This document shows positions 42,345-52,895 of a DNA stretch of 64,000 nt, in pieces. The stretch spans positions 89,244-153,243 of the forward strand of contig CAZALK010000014.1 in the NCBI GenBank assembly GCA_964486045.1, in the 5' to 3' direction. Each line of letters opens with the position of its first letter. Positions within the stretch are counted from its first letter, which is position 1. A model generated the notes under the pieces. The model made no database searches and was not told the DNA's origin. It saw nothing but the letters and a program-made list of their open reading frames with translations. This DNA comes from an uncultured archaeon (GTDB lineage: Archaea; Asgardarchaeota; Lokiarchaeia; Sigyniarchaeales; SOKP01). The translations under genes were made by a program, and so were the position numbers.

Positions 42345-42949
42345 TTGCTAAAAATAATATGGGCTTATCCCGCTGCTTCAGCTAAAACTAGAAGATTTTT
42401 TATTAGATCCTATGATACTATCCTTTTCTATACTAAATCAGATGATTTTGTTTTTAATGATGATCCGAATATATATATGGAGTACTCAAATCGAGTGAAA
42501 AATGCTTTGAAAAGAGATGAGCATGGAATATTCTACTATCGAGGAGGGAGTCATAACGGAAAAAAATTATCTAGGAAAGTTTATGTAAAACAAGAGAGAA
42601 TTTTCCCAAGAGACGTCTGGAATGATATACCTTATATTAGGGCAAATATCAAAGAGTACCAAGGTTTTTCTACACAAAAACCAGAACGTCTTTTAAAGAG
42701 AATCATTTTAGCATCAATTAATGAGGGAGATCTTTTAGCAGATTTCTTTTGTGGTTCTGGTACAACATTATCAGTTGCAGAAAACTTGGTAGACAATGGA
42801 TAGGATGTGATTCAAATTATCAAGCTATCCATATGTCGAAAAAGCGAGTTCTTAATATAAAAACAAGTAATGATATTTTGAATTGGAAACAAAAATATAA
42901 TAAACCTCCTCATTCTTTTCAATACAATTGCCTTAGATATGAGAGTTAA
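42345..42949 (+). pseudogene. N4/N6 DNA methyltransferase fragment, 5' truncated and frameshifted
   Basis: [34 protein letters not shown]; continuation LGRQWIGCD is in another frame; no DPPY part. Confidence 0.8.
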
Positions 42950-42977
42950 AGTTTTTCCATTAGAAATTAAGGAGACA

Positions 42978-43700
42978 TTATTCGATAAAACTCCGTAATA
43001 TTATGGTAAGTTTACTCATCCATGCTTTACTCAACCTTATTAAACAATTTTGACGAATTAATTCTCCTTTGGTGAGTATTCCTCCGCAGTACTTACAATA
43101 GGAAACCAGCTCTGGGTCTTCAACATTAAGTATTCTCGCTTGTAATTCACCTACTAATCCAAGATCCCCAGGAACTTTTAATTCTTTGGTAAATTCAACT
43201 AATTCCTCTCTAAAATTATCTATAATGCGGTTCTGTTCATCAAATTCTTTAATATTTTGAATTTGTGAAGCTGCTTTATCAATTATACTCCTTAAATATT
43301 TCATATTCTTATAGAAAAAAACCTTATCTTCCTCATCAATTAATACTGTTATTGTTGCCGCTAGAGCTTGACCTCGAGCCTCTTCGCCTAGTATAAGAAA
43401 AAAATAGGTCAAACCATTCAAGTTTAAATCGGGAAAGGGGAGAATTCCAAAATAATTAACGCCTACGTCTGAACCATGTGAATCTTGATAAGCAGAATCA
43501 CCCATTAACAAACTAATTGTTTTCATTGCTACTAGAAGTCCTGACTTCTCCTCTAAAGTAGTAGGCCAGATAACTTTAGGAGTAGGTCCTTTTTCATCAA
43601 ATATACTTAGTACGACAGCTTTTATTAGATTAGATCTTTCTAAGTTTGTATTGTTCTCTTTTTTCTTCCTCTTTTTCGATTTTGAGTTAGTTTTTGTCAA
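42978..43700 (-). CDS. longin/uDENN-like Asgard protein with C-terminal Zn-ribbon remnant
   Basis: VVLSIFDEKGPTP N-terminal strand-turn pattern; FGILPFP; terminal CKYCG. Confidence 0.5.
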   Translation of the reverse strand: MTKTNSKSKKRKKKENNTNLERSNLIKAVVLSIFDEKGPTPKVIWPTTLEEKSGLLVAMKTISLLMGDSAYQDSHGSDVGVNYFGILPFPDLNLNGLTYFFLILGEEARGQALAATITVLIDEEDKVFFYKNMKYLRSIIDKAASQIQNIKEFDEQNRIIDNFREELVEFTKELKVPGDLGLVGELQARILNVEDPELVSYCKYCGGILTKGELIRQNCLIRLSKAWMSKLTIILRSFIE

Positions 43701-44240
43701 TGTATTCCCTTAATTCATGTAATAAAAAAAGTACTATAATTTCCGATTGAAATAGATATTTCCCTCTCTAATCATCGCATCAGCGTACAGTTTCTTCTCC
43801 CTTGGAGACATTTCAGAAGGATCCTGCATAATTATCACTTATTTTTCGAGACTTAAATAAATTCATTTTTTGTTTATATATGGATTCCTTTTCCTTTATC
43901 AATCTTGGCATAATGTCCTTCATAGTTTGTTGCCAGTTTTTCCCTTCATAAATTTGACTTACCCAATTTGTAATCGTACTCGGAGCTACATTGAATCTTT
44001 TGGTTAATGATGAAGAATCAAATATTACTAAGATTTTGCAGGATACGATTTATACAGTTAACATTCAAGGACATTATAGAACGGATTATAGGAAACAATC
44101 AATGGACATCGCAGTTTGGGTAGATAAGTGGAGTCAAGACATAATACACAAATTATTTTATACTACCGTTTTATTGCTTTCTCATCTTCTACGGAATTAT
44201 TATAGATAAAAAATACATAATTGTAGTATGTTATCTCTAA

Positions 44241-45032
44241 TCAATTAATTTCGATGTTATGCTCTCTTCTCACATAATCTACAATGACTAAAAAAAAGCT
44301 ATTTAAATTATTTATGATACCTTCCTCTGTTATTTCAATTAAATTATTTCTTGTTAAAAGAGTTTCCTCTCCACCGGTTTCCCTTCTAATCCTTAAAGTT
44401 TTGCTATTAGGAATTATATAATACAATCCATCTATAAAGCCTACTTTTTGATCATCTAAATAATCTTGCTGTCGAACAGTTATTCCAAAATATTCTTGCA
44501 TTTCTTCAGATCGTAGCAATCTAGAAGTAAAAGTATAAGATGTCTCAGTATTTGGGTTGAAAAGCCTTGTTATTAATCTCTTTAGCCTGTCAAATAAATT
44601 TTGAACTTCCAACGTTCGTTCTGACCTTCGAGGGTACTCCCTAATCCTTTCACCACTAATGGTATGCATTAGTCTGCTTAGAAAATCATCAAAATTTATA
44701 TTAAAATTTACACCTCTATAAACTTTTATGAGAGGTCTCACATTTTCAATATTTTGGAATATCGGGATAAACCTTTTATGTGTTAATATGCCAAAATCCA
44801 ATTCCAAATTCACCGATTCTGATACTAAAGAGTTCTCTGAACTTATTGCCAAAATTATTTCACTATCAAGAATGCATTGCTCCATAAATGTAGGTATAGT
44901 TACATCGGAAACACTATCTCGATCCCAATAATATGCATTTTCAATTTCGGGTTTATTTTCAAGATATTCGGCAATTTCATGAATTCTAAATGTATTTAAA
45001 TCTTCTGTATCGTAACTAATAAAAATATTCAT
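44241..45032 (-). CDS. TIR-domain protein
   Basis: IFISY, YYWDRD, SENSLVSESVNLELDFG with Glu at the catalytic-type position, FIPI. Confidence 0.8.
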   Translation of the reverse strand: MNIFISYDTEDLNTFRIHEIAEYLENKPEIENAYYWDRDSVSDVTIPTFMEQCILDSEIILAISSENSLVSESVNLELDFGILTHKRFIPIFQNIENVRPLIKVYRGVNFNINFDDFLSRLMHTISGERIREYPRRSERTLEVQNLFDRLKRLITRLFNPNTETSYTFTSRLLRSEEMQEYFGITVRQQDYLDDQKVGFIDGLYYIIPNSKTLRIRRETGGEETLLTRNNLIEITEEGIINNLNSFFLVIVDYVRREHNIEIN

Positions 45033-45333
45033 TTGAGTATACTAATAGATTCTTTAGCTTTTGTATGATTTTTCCCCTTAAATATTTACTTTATTAGTTT
45101 TTTAATAAGATTATATGATAAAATATAATTTTCCATGTATCACATTTTGCTAATCAATTGATGTGTGGATGACTAGTCATCTCCTAATAATTTGTGATAT
45201 AAAGCTAATAATATTCTTTTTCAGGAGGGGCACCACGGGGGAGGGAGATAATAGTTAAATATGTTAGTAAAAAAAATTAAGAATAAAATTGTTTAAAAAT
45301 TAGCTTTTTTTATTCGATTATCTAGTTTAATAT

Positions 45334-45933
45334 TCATTCTGTGACTAAATGTAGTTTTTCTACCATAAGTAAAGCTTCATTAGTCGTCAGAGTAGGACAG
45401 TTTATCATGTATCTCATTCCTTCTATATATGCAGTTACTAAGAGGAAATAATCTCCCCATTTCTTCCTAGTCTCCACTTCTCCTCCAGTAGAAGCCTTTT
45501 CATTTACCAGAATCGGCCAACTATTGATTTCTACAGCAGTTGTAAAAAGCATGCTTGCAGCTATAGATTCCAGTTCGCTATAGGTGGGAGGAGAACCTGC
45601 TGGAGATATTTGAATAACTAACTCAGCCGTTTTGTAATCAATATTCCCTTCTGCACTATAGACCACAATCACTATGAACGGGCTATCCTTGAGATATATT
45701 GCTGTACATTCAAAATCATCCGGTAATTCAGATGGTAAATATATTGATAAATTATATTGTTTCGCCACAATAATCGTTTCGTTTAAAGAAACATCTCTTG
45801 AAGTCCCATAGAAATCTGCTGGTACCCCACCGATAGAGATTACTATCTGTGGGCCTAATATAGAGAATATTATCAATATAAATGAGGATAAAGTTGCTAA
45901 TGCTACTATTAAGGATTTAATAGCTCTTCTCAT
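45334..45933 (-). CDS. membrane-anchored hypothetical protein
   Basis: N-terminal TM, IYLPSELP. Confidence 0.6.
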   Translation of the reverse strand: MRRAIKSLIVALATLSSFILIIFSILGPQIVISIGGVPADFYGTSRDVSLNETIIVAKQYNLSIYLPSELPDDFECTAIYLKDSPFIVIVVYSAEGNIDYKTAELVIQISPAGSPPTYSELESIAASMLFTTAVEINSWPILVNEKASTGGEVETRKKWGDYFLLVTAYIEGMRYMINCPTLTTNEALLMVEKLHLVTE

Positions 45934-46070
45934 GACTTCTAACCTTGAGATTTTCTAACTATTCCATAATCAAAACGCCAAATTAATCAAATAATTTAGA
46001 TTAGAATTATAAATTTACTTTCTTTTTTGTCAGTATATCATTTACAAAGCTAGTATTTAAAAGTTACGCT

Positions 46071-47270
46071 TGAATTTGAGACACAATAGGATATTTAAGG
46101 AAAATTTTCCTTATCTATTATAGGCAAAATATATAGTTTTCCACTATTAGTAAGAAAATTTTGTATGAAATATACTTATGAGGGTGTAAATTGTCAAAAA
46201 TAGGCTTGAGTGTAAGCATGATTGGTGGTATTTTATACTTTATTTTAATGTATATTTATGCTAGACAATATTATCTTTTATGGATATATGGTATGAAAGG
46301 TCTTCTAGGTTTTCTTTTTTTTATATTCATATATGGTGGTGCAATAGTTGGGGCACTTTTAGGATTTATAGACAACATTTGGCAAATAGGTAAAAATTGG
46401 CAAATGAGATTGGTGAAAGTCGGGAGTATTATGTGTTTTTTAGTAGGAATCATTTATCCTCTATTGATTTTATATTATTTTTTAGCAAATCCATCTATTT
46501 TTCTTATTAGTTTTTTTGAATCGTTTCTTGATGGATTTTATCACACTATCCCTATGTTGATATTGTTTATTGGTGGTATTACCAGTATTATAGAATGGCA
46601 ATTAGAACTAAGAAAAAATAAATTTGCTCAAGAATAGGCACTTTAAGAAAATTATAAAGTAAAAGTAATTCAACTGTTCTTCTTGCTTTCAATTGTTTTA
46701 CTATACATTTTATATAAAATACTCTGAATTAAAACACGATAAGAAATTTAAAGAAAATTTTCCTTATCTATTATAGGCAAAATACATAGTTTTCCACTAT
46801 TAGTGAGAAAATTTTGTGTAAAACATACTTAAAAGGGTGTAAATTGTCAAAGATAGGCTTGAGCATTAGTATGATTGGTGGTATCTTATTCTTTATTTTA
46901 ATGTATTTCTTTGCTCGATGGTATTATTCTCTGTGGAACTGGGATGTGGAATCTGTTCTATTCTTTTATTTTTTTCTATTCCCTAATGGAGGTGCAATAG
47001 TTGGCGCACTTTTAGGATTCATAGACAAAAGTTGGCAAATAGGTAAAAATAGGCAAATAAGATTGGTAAGAGTTGGGCGTATTTTGTGTTCCTTATTAGG
47101 ATTCAGTTTTCCTCTATGGTTGTTAATTTTAAATGTGACTAATCCATCTTCTTTTATAGGTTTCTTTGTATCTTTTGTTAGCTTATTTTACATCAATATC
47201 CCAGAGCTAATATTATTCATTGGTGGTATTACCAGTCTTGTAGAATTGGAATTAGACCTAAGAAAAAATA
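46071..47270 (+). repeat. tandem duplication (~550 bp unit: leader plus membrane module A)
   Basis: ~46071-46620 versus ~46726-47270; shared gaaaattttccttatctattataggcaaaat... leader and MSKIGLS...ELRKN coding sequence. Confidence 0.85.
46191..46637 (+). CDS. hypothetical 4-TM protein (module A)
   Basis: TTG start with AGGGTG SD; paralogous to the N-half of the next gene. Confidence 0.7.
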   Translation: MSKIGLSVSMIGGILYFILMYIYARQYYLLWIYGMKGLLGFLFFIFIYGGAIVGALLGFIDNIWQIGKNWQMRLVKVGSIMCFLVGIIYPLLILYYFLANPSIFLISFFESFLDGFYHTIPMLILFIGGITSIIEWQLELRKNKFAQE

Positions 47271-47734
47271 ATTTAAAACATATGAGAGAAAAGGAAAATA
47301 GAAGTGGATCGGTTCTAGTTATTTCAGGTTTAATCATGCTAAGTATCCCTATTATATGGTACATCTCCTTGATATTAAATGTGAGATTTTATATATTTGG
47401 CAATGAATTCCTAATGTTAGGGTTAGGTGTTCTTGGATTATTGGTTATTTTTGTTGGTATTTATTCCCTAATAAGCAATCCTAGAATGAAAGGACTATTT
47501 TTATTGATTTTAGGTTCAATTTTTACCGCTGGAGGTTTATTTTTTACTATATATCTCCTCTCAAATATTAACATATTAAAATCTAAATCGGGTGCAATTT
47601 ATTGGACGATATTCCTGACAATTGTCGGAATTATAGTTATATTATATGGAATAATGCGTATCATTATATATGAGTATAATGAGAGATTGAAGAAGAAAAG
47701 ATTCTTTGAAGATGCTAATAAACAGCTTGCATAA
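46844..47734 (+). CDS. hypothetical ~8-TM protein (module A+B fusion)
   Basis: Start TTG 46844 by alignment with 46191; C-half paralogous to 58543-58989. Confidence 0.7.
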   Translation: MSKIGLSISMIGGILFFILMYFFARWYYSLWNWDVESVLFFYFFLFPNGGAIVGALLGFIDKSWQIGKNRQIRLVRVGRILCSLLGFSFPLWLLILNVTNPSSFIGFFVSFVSLFYINIPELILFIGGITSLVELELDLRKNNLKHMREKENRSGSVLVISGLIMLSIPIIWYISLILNVRFYIFGNEFLMLGLGVLGLLVIFVGIYSLISNPRMKGLFLLILGSIFTAGGLFFTIYLLSNINILKSKSGAIYWTIFLTIVGIIVILYGIMRIIIYEYNERLKKKRFFEDANKQLA

Positions 47735-47807
47735 GAAAAGGTTTCTAATGATTTTATAAAAAAAATGAATCATAATATCTTAAATTGGGATTAGTCTAAT
47801 TGAGTTT

Positions 47808-48770
47808 TTAATTAAAAAATGTATTAAAATAAAAAGAAAAAAATAGTATAATAAAAAGAATAAATCCAGCAATCATGATTCCTTTATCAAAAAAAGCTTT
47901 TTCAGGATTTCGAGCAATTTTTGGCTTAGATGATGTTAAATACATATATCTCATTATTATATATAACGAAAGAGGGATTGTAAAAATTGAGATATATTCA
48001 TAAAATGCAACATTTTCGGGTTCAACTCCAACTAAATTAAAAATTAGTAATAGATAAAGTGAATATGTCATGAATAATGAACCTGCAATAATAATGTGAA
48101 ATTGGTCTAGTAGTTTCCCAGAATATTGATCATATATTTTTTTATGCTCAATAGCTTTATCCTTTCCAAGAAGCTCTAAATCTCCTTTTCGTTTAGCTAT
48201 ACTTAAAAACATAGCAACCTCAAATATAGCTAGAAATAACCAAGGAGAAACAAATTCATTGATTATAAAACAACCTGCTAATGCTCTCCATACATATCCA
48301 ATAGATAAAATAATGATATCAATAAACGCATAATTTTTAAAAAAGTAATTATAGAGTTGACCTGTGATAATTATTAAAATCACCATAAATGCAAAACCCA
48401 ACCTAGAGTCGCGGTTTATTATAAAAATAGGAAGGATAATCATTAAACAAGCTAAAATGATTAATACAAGTATAGCAAAATAAAGTGGGAGTTCTCCAGA
48501 AGCGAGGGGTTTTTTTCGCAGCTTTTCTGGATGCTTTTTATCATTTTCAATATCTTTTATATCATTAATGATATAATTAAAGGACGATGCACAACATAAA
48601 AGTACAAATCCTAAAATAATATTAAAGTAGAATGTATTTTCGAATAGATTTTTACTAAAAAAGATTCCTACAAATACCATCATATTTTTATAGTATTGTC
48701 GCACTCTTAGTAGAAAAAAAATGCTTTTAATTTTCCTTGCAATCATTAACTTTTTGAAAGACTCATTCAA
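47808..48770 (-). CDS. UbiA-family prenyltransferase (decaprenyl-phosphate phosphoribosyltransferase-like)
   Basis: RVRQYYKN, YIINDIKDIENDKKHP.K..KPLASG, KRKGDL. Confidence 0.88.
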   Translation of the reverse strand: MNESFKKLMIARKIKSIFFLLRVRQYYKNMMVFVGIFFSKNLFENTFYFNIILGFVLLCCASSFNYIINDIKDIENDKKHPEKLRKKPLASGELPLYFAILVLIILACLMIILPIFIINRDSRLGFAFMVILIIITGQLYNYFFKNYAFIDIIILSIGYVWRALAGCFIINEFVSPWLFLAIFEVAMFLSIAKRKGDLELLGKDKAIEHKKIYDQYSGKLLDQFHIIIAGSLFMTYSLYLLLIFNLVGVEPENVAFYEYISIFTIPLSLYIIMRYMYLTSSKPKIARNPEKAFFDKGIMIAGFILFIILFFSFYFNTFFN

Positions 48771-48891
48771 TTGAAGTTTTTCTATGGATTTAAAGGGAGA
48801 AAAAAGCCTTATTTAAGAGAGTGATACCCAGGTTATATGAAGCAAAACGACTTAAAGCTTGCGAAATTGTTTATGTCGTATAAATAATTAT

Positions 48892-49433
48892 GTAGAATCA
48901 ATAAAACTGATATGATTATTAAATCCAATTACTGTACAACCATTTACTAACGGAAGATAAAAACTTCAAGCTCTCCGTATTTAGAGGCTTAAGAATATAA
49001 TCTTTATGATATCAAATAATACCTATTTGGAAGATACTCGTTTACAACCGACTAACAACGCTACAGAGCGGATGAATCTAGACCTAGAGCGTTATCCTTC
49101 ATTAAAACACCGAATGAAAACGGGAAAAGGAGTAAACATTGTAGTAAAGGGTATCGTGTTTCTGCATAATTTTGAAGCCTTTCAAAAATATGTTTTAAAA
49201 ACTGAGACGAAAATCTTAAAATTGGACCACAATATCGCCAAGTTCCCTGAAGATGAAGAATTAAAACGGTTAAAGCAAGGCCTCCGCATTCATCTGAGCT
49301 GGGTGAGAAAGTATTATGCTCCATATAAAGGAGTTTATTTACAATTTTTCAAGTTGAGTCATCAAATTTTTATTGTCGACTGAATTAAATATCACTAAAT
49401 TTTAAGTAATCACAACAAATTATTGAAATCTAC
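48892..49433 (+). mobile_element. internally deleted IS remnant with a transposase C-terminal fragment (49006-49383)
   Basis: PTNNATERMN motif typical of DDE transposase C-termini; imperfect inverted repeats GTAGAATCAATAA / TTATTGAAATCTAC. Confidence 0.5.
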
Positions 49434-49601
49434 GTATTGTTTTACAATCTTTAAATACTTCAATATAAATAGATAATTATCCTTAACATTATTAAGCAAA
49501 AATTAAAATTTATATCACTGAAATTAATAAAAATAGGGCTTTAAATTTTATTAAGTAAAACAAGAATCAAAATCGTTTTTCTGTGGATCTTTTTTTTCCA
49601 T

Positions 49602-51005
49602 TTGTTCTTATTCCCAATAATATCACAAACTTACTGGGAATTTGACAATATTACAAAAAAAAGGGTTGATGAAGGTTATATTAAAAAAAATCTTAAAAGT
49701 TCAGGGCACTGGAACCTTGAATTTAAAATACATATCGATGGTAATTGGTCAGAAACAAAAACTACTTATGATTGGTGTTCGGGCTCAGGAACTTGGAGCG
49801 ATCCTTATGTTATCGAAAATATAACTGTAAATGGTGGAAATTCAGGTACTTCTATCTTAATCGAAAATTCCAATGCTTATTTTCGAATTAAGAATTCTAC
49901 GGTTTATAATAGTGGTAGTGGGATTTTTCCAATTTATAAGGGAGGAATCAAAATGGTAAATGTGACTAAAGGAACAATAATTAATAATACAGCCTTCAAT
50001 AACCAAATTGGAATATTATTATACAATAGCGAGAATAACACCATCTTAGGAAACACTGTAAATAATAATACTCTACTTGGGATTTCATTAGAAAAAAGTA
50101 ATAATAACTTCCTCTCGGAAAACAACGCAAATCACAACAACGGCGGCATGTATTTATATATTAGTGATAATAACACTCTTTCTGGAAATATAGCAAATAA
50201 TAATACTTATTCTGGGATAATATTAGAAGAAAGTAATAATAACCTCGTTTGGGGAAATACAGCAAACTACAACATTGATGCAAGTGGGATAAGCTTATCA
50301 GGTTGCAATGAAAACAGAGTTTCGTTAAATATTGTCGACAATAGTTATGTTGGGATAAGCATATATCTTAGTAATAAAAACAATATTTCAGAAAACACCG
50401 TGATGAATAATAAAATAGGAGGAATAAGGTTAACTGGAAGTGCTAATAACACTCTTTCTAGAAATACAGCAACTAATAATTATTGGTTTGGAATGTATTT
50501 ATCTAGTAGTGATAATAACACACTTTCAGGAAACATCGCCAATTATAACAATCAAAGTGGAATATATTTATATAATAGTGTTAATAACACTCTTTCTGGG
50601 AATACGGCAAATAATAACAAATGGTGGGGGTTGTATTTATTAATTAGTGATAATAACATCATCTCTGGAAACATCGCTAATTATAACAATGAAAGTGGAA
50701 TATATTTATATGATAGTGATAGTAACAACGTTACAGGAAACATCGCCAATAATAATTACTTTGGTATTAATTTAACCACCTCTAATTTTAACTATATAAC
50801 TGGAAACACATTATATGACAATAATATTTGTTATAGCGAAGATGAAACTAGCATAGGGAACACATTTAAAAACAATATATGTGTAAAAGATGAACCTAGT
50901 GAAGATGATTGGATAATTCCAGGAGTAATCGGGATAATTATTGCTTCAATTATATTAATAGGGCTTTCGGTTTTGTATTGGCAATTCAAAAAAAAGATTA
51001 AATAA
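49602..51005 (+). CDS. NosD/CASH parallel beta-helix surface protein with C-terminal TM anchor
   Basis: GSGTWSDPYVIENI; many GIYL..S.NN...GN.ANNN repeats; C-terminal TM plus KKKIK; may start at ATT 49545. Confidence 0.85.
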   Translation: MFLFPIISQTYWEFDNITKKRVDEGYIKKNLKSSGHWNLEFKIHIDGNWSETKTTYDWCSGSGTWSDPYVIENITVNGGNSGTSILIENSNAYFRIKNSTVYNSGSGIFPIYKGGIKMVNVTKGTIINNTAFNNQIGILLYNSENNTILGNTVNNNTLLGISLEKSNNNFLSENNANHNNGGMYLYISDNNTLSGNIANNNTYSGIILEESNNNLVWGNTANYNIDASGISLSGCNENRVSLNIVDNSYVGISIYLSNKNNISENTVMNNKIGGIRLTGSANNTLSRNTATNNYWFGMYLSSSDNNTLSGNIANYNNQSGIYLYNSVNNTLSGNTANNNKWWGLYLLISDNNIISGNIANYNNESGIYLYDSDSNNVTGNIANNNYFGINLTTSNFNYITGNTLYDNNICYSEDETSIGNTFKNNICVKDEPSEDDWIIPGVIGIIIASIILIGLSVLYWQFKKKIK

Positions 51006-51936
51006 ATCAACCATTTTACATTTTTTTTCATCCTATTCTTTTATCTTTCTAAAATTATTATATTCTGATTTTTAGGTTTATTCACATTGGTAAATGCTTC
51101 AATAAAAATTCATATTATTTAAATAATGGACCCCGGGAAAGCTAGAATGGAATCCATTATGAATGACGTCGAAACAAAGTCTTAAGGTTTTTTCAACAAG
51201 TTTTGCTCTATTGTACAGAAGTATATCCCCTATTTTTTACTTATGAGCTTATAGAGCTCCCAACACCAACGAGAAACGTAGCCAGTATATTAATCAACAA
51301 TTTAAAAATCGTTTTTACTACAAAATAATCCAAAAATAATCCAAGAATAAATTGAATCCGCCATATAAATTATAACCCTCTTTATTACAATAAAAAAAAG
51401 TCTCATTGTAATCTCAATCCAAATAAAATATTTGTTATTCCAATAAAGCAATGGTATGAAGTGTTCTGCGAATTGGAAAAATATTATTTAACAGGTCATA
51501 GTCGGGTTGGAATGTGTAAAAATTTAAAATCGAAAGAATATTAAAATATTTCTTTTGGATTTTGTAGTAGTTTTAAATTTACAGTAATAATCCACAGTCC
51601 AGCATTTATCTGATTGGGTCATTTAATTAACCGATAAAAATTATAATGTCGAGATTTTGTATAATTTTTAAATACTTGGACCAGGATAAAATTCTTGATA
51701 TGATGAAAACATTAATTTTGATCAGTTTTGAGATTTTTGATCTATTTCGAATATTATATCAACGAAATCAATAAATCATAGTACTAATTTTTCTTTATAA
51801 AAAAATAGACCATATTTCTTAAATGTCTTTCAGCAATAGCACCCCCTTTAGCGAATTTTAATACTTTTTCAACATATTCTGGTCTGATCTGCATTTGATA
51901 CCGTTAAAGTAAGTTAAATTATTTTTTAGCAATCAT

Positions 51937-52236
51937 TTATTTAAATTCCTTCCCACATTTTAAACAATGATTTGCTATTTCTGGATTTTCAATTTGGCAT
52001 TTAGGACATTTTTTATGAGGATGATATCTTTCGTAAAGATAATAAATTAAGTTCAAAACATGTTCTAGTTTGCTTTTATTATATCCATTATCTCGGATGT
52101 CTTTAATGTTTTTCTTTATATCCTTATCACATTTTCTATCTTTATTTTCTTCTCCACATTCATTACAATAACCAGAATATGCATGAGTTATTATATAACC
52201 ACAATTATTGCAATTCACCTTTGAGTAAATGATCAT
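51937..52236 (-). CDS. zinc-ribbon protein
   Basis: Four CxxC pairs; C-terminal CPKC...N...ANHCLKCG. Confidence 0.6.
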   Translation of the reverse strand: MIIYSKVNCNNCGYIITHAYSGYCNECGEENKDRKCDKDIKKNIKDIRDNGYNKSKLEHVLNLIYYLYERYHPHKKCPKCQIENPEIANHCLKCGKEFK

Positions 52237-52686
52237 GTAATAGTAAGTCCATTAAAAGGTGTATTGGATGGATTGTATCAAGATTTAAAAGCGGGTTATT
52301 TAAAATCTTTCGCAGAACTTATTCATGCAGACATTTTTTCTGATTATATTGAGATGGCGGAATATCTTTTAGAAAAAGGTTATAAAGATCCAGCAGCAGT
52401 AATTACATGAAGTACATTAGAAGAACATCTAAGAAAATTATGTATAAAGAATGGAATTAATATTGAAATAATGCCAAGTGGAAAGTTAAGACCTAAAAAA
52501 GCAGAGGCAATGAATTCTGAATTAGCTAAACAAGGAGTTTATTCCAAATTAGAACAAAAAAGTGTTACTGCTTGGTTAGATCTTAGAAATAAAGCAGCAC
52601 ATGGTAAATATGATGAATATAATAAAAATAAGGTAGAACAAATGATTATGGGAGTAAGAGACTTTATTGTAAGAAATCCTGCTTAA
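52225..52686 (+). pseudogene. HEPN-domain gene, 5' truncated, with in-frame TGA at 52408
   Basis: ADIFSDYIEMAEYLL..GYKDPAAVIT*STLEEHLR...LRNKAAHG (RxxxxH). Confidence 0.75.
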
Positions 52687-52895
52687 AATTTTAAAAGGAG
52701 TTTAATGATTGTTGAAAAAAAATTATTCTTCTTTACCTAGTTCTTTTTTATATATTGATTGTAAAATGACTTTTCATCTCTTAAGATTTATTAACAAAAT
52801 TTATGCAAAAATCGATCTTACACTAAATTAGGATACTACTTAAATTATGGAACCTAAGGTTTTATAGGTATTGAAATCTATGTGGTGATATAAAA

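Noticed and set aside
42955-43753. ORB-like motifs (ttccattagaaattaagg at 42955; ttccgattgaaat at 43741) as a replication origin
   Set aside because: Weak matches, no G-string, no orc1/cdc6 nearby, separated by a gene
49301-49310. GGGTGAGAAA complementary to the ncRNA loop, as a guide target
   Set aside because: A 10-nt match is not clearly above chance in 64 kb
49900-50880. Internal DNA repeats in the NosD-like gene as DGR template/variable repeats
   Set aside because: Explained by beta-helix protein repeats; no adenine-specific variation evident; the RT is not DGR-type
52408-52410. In-frame TGA in the HEPN gene as a second selenocysteine
   Set aside because: Context AAVIT*STLEEHL corresponds to a Gly position as I recall the family (GGA to TGA); not a redox Cys site; no SECIS seen; gene is also 5' truncated
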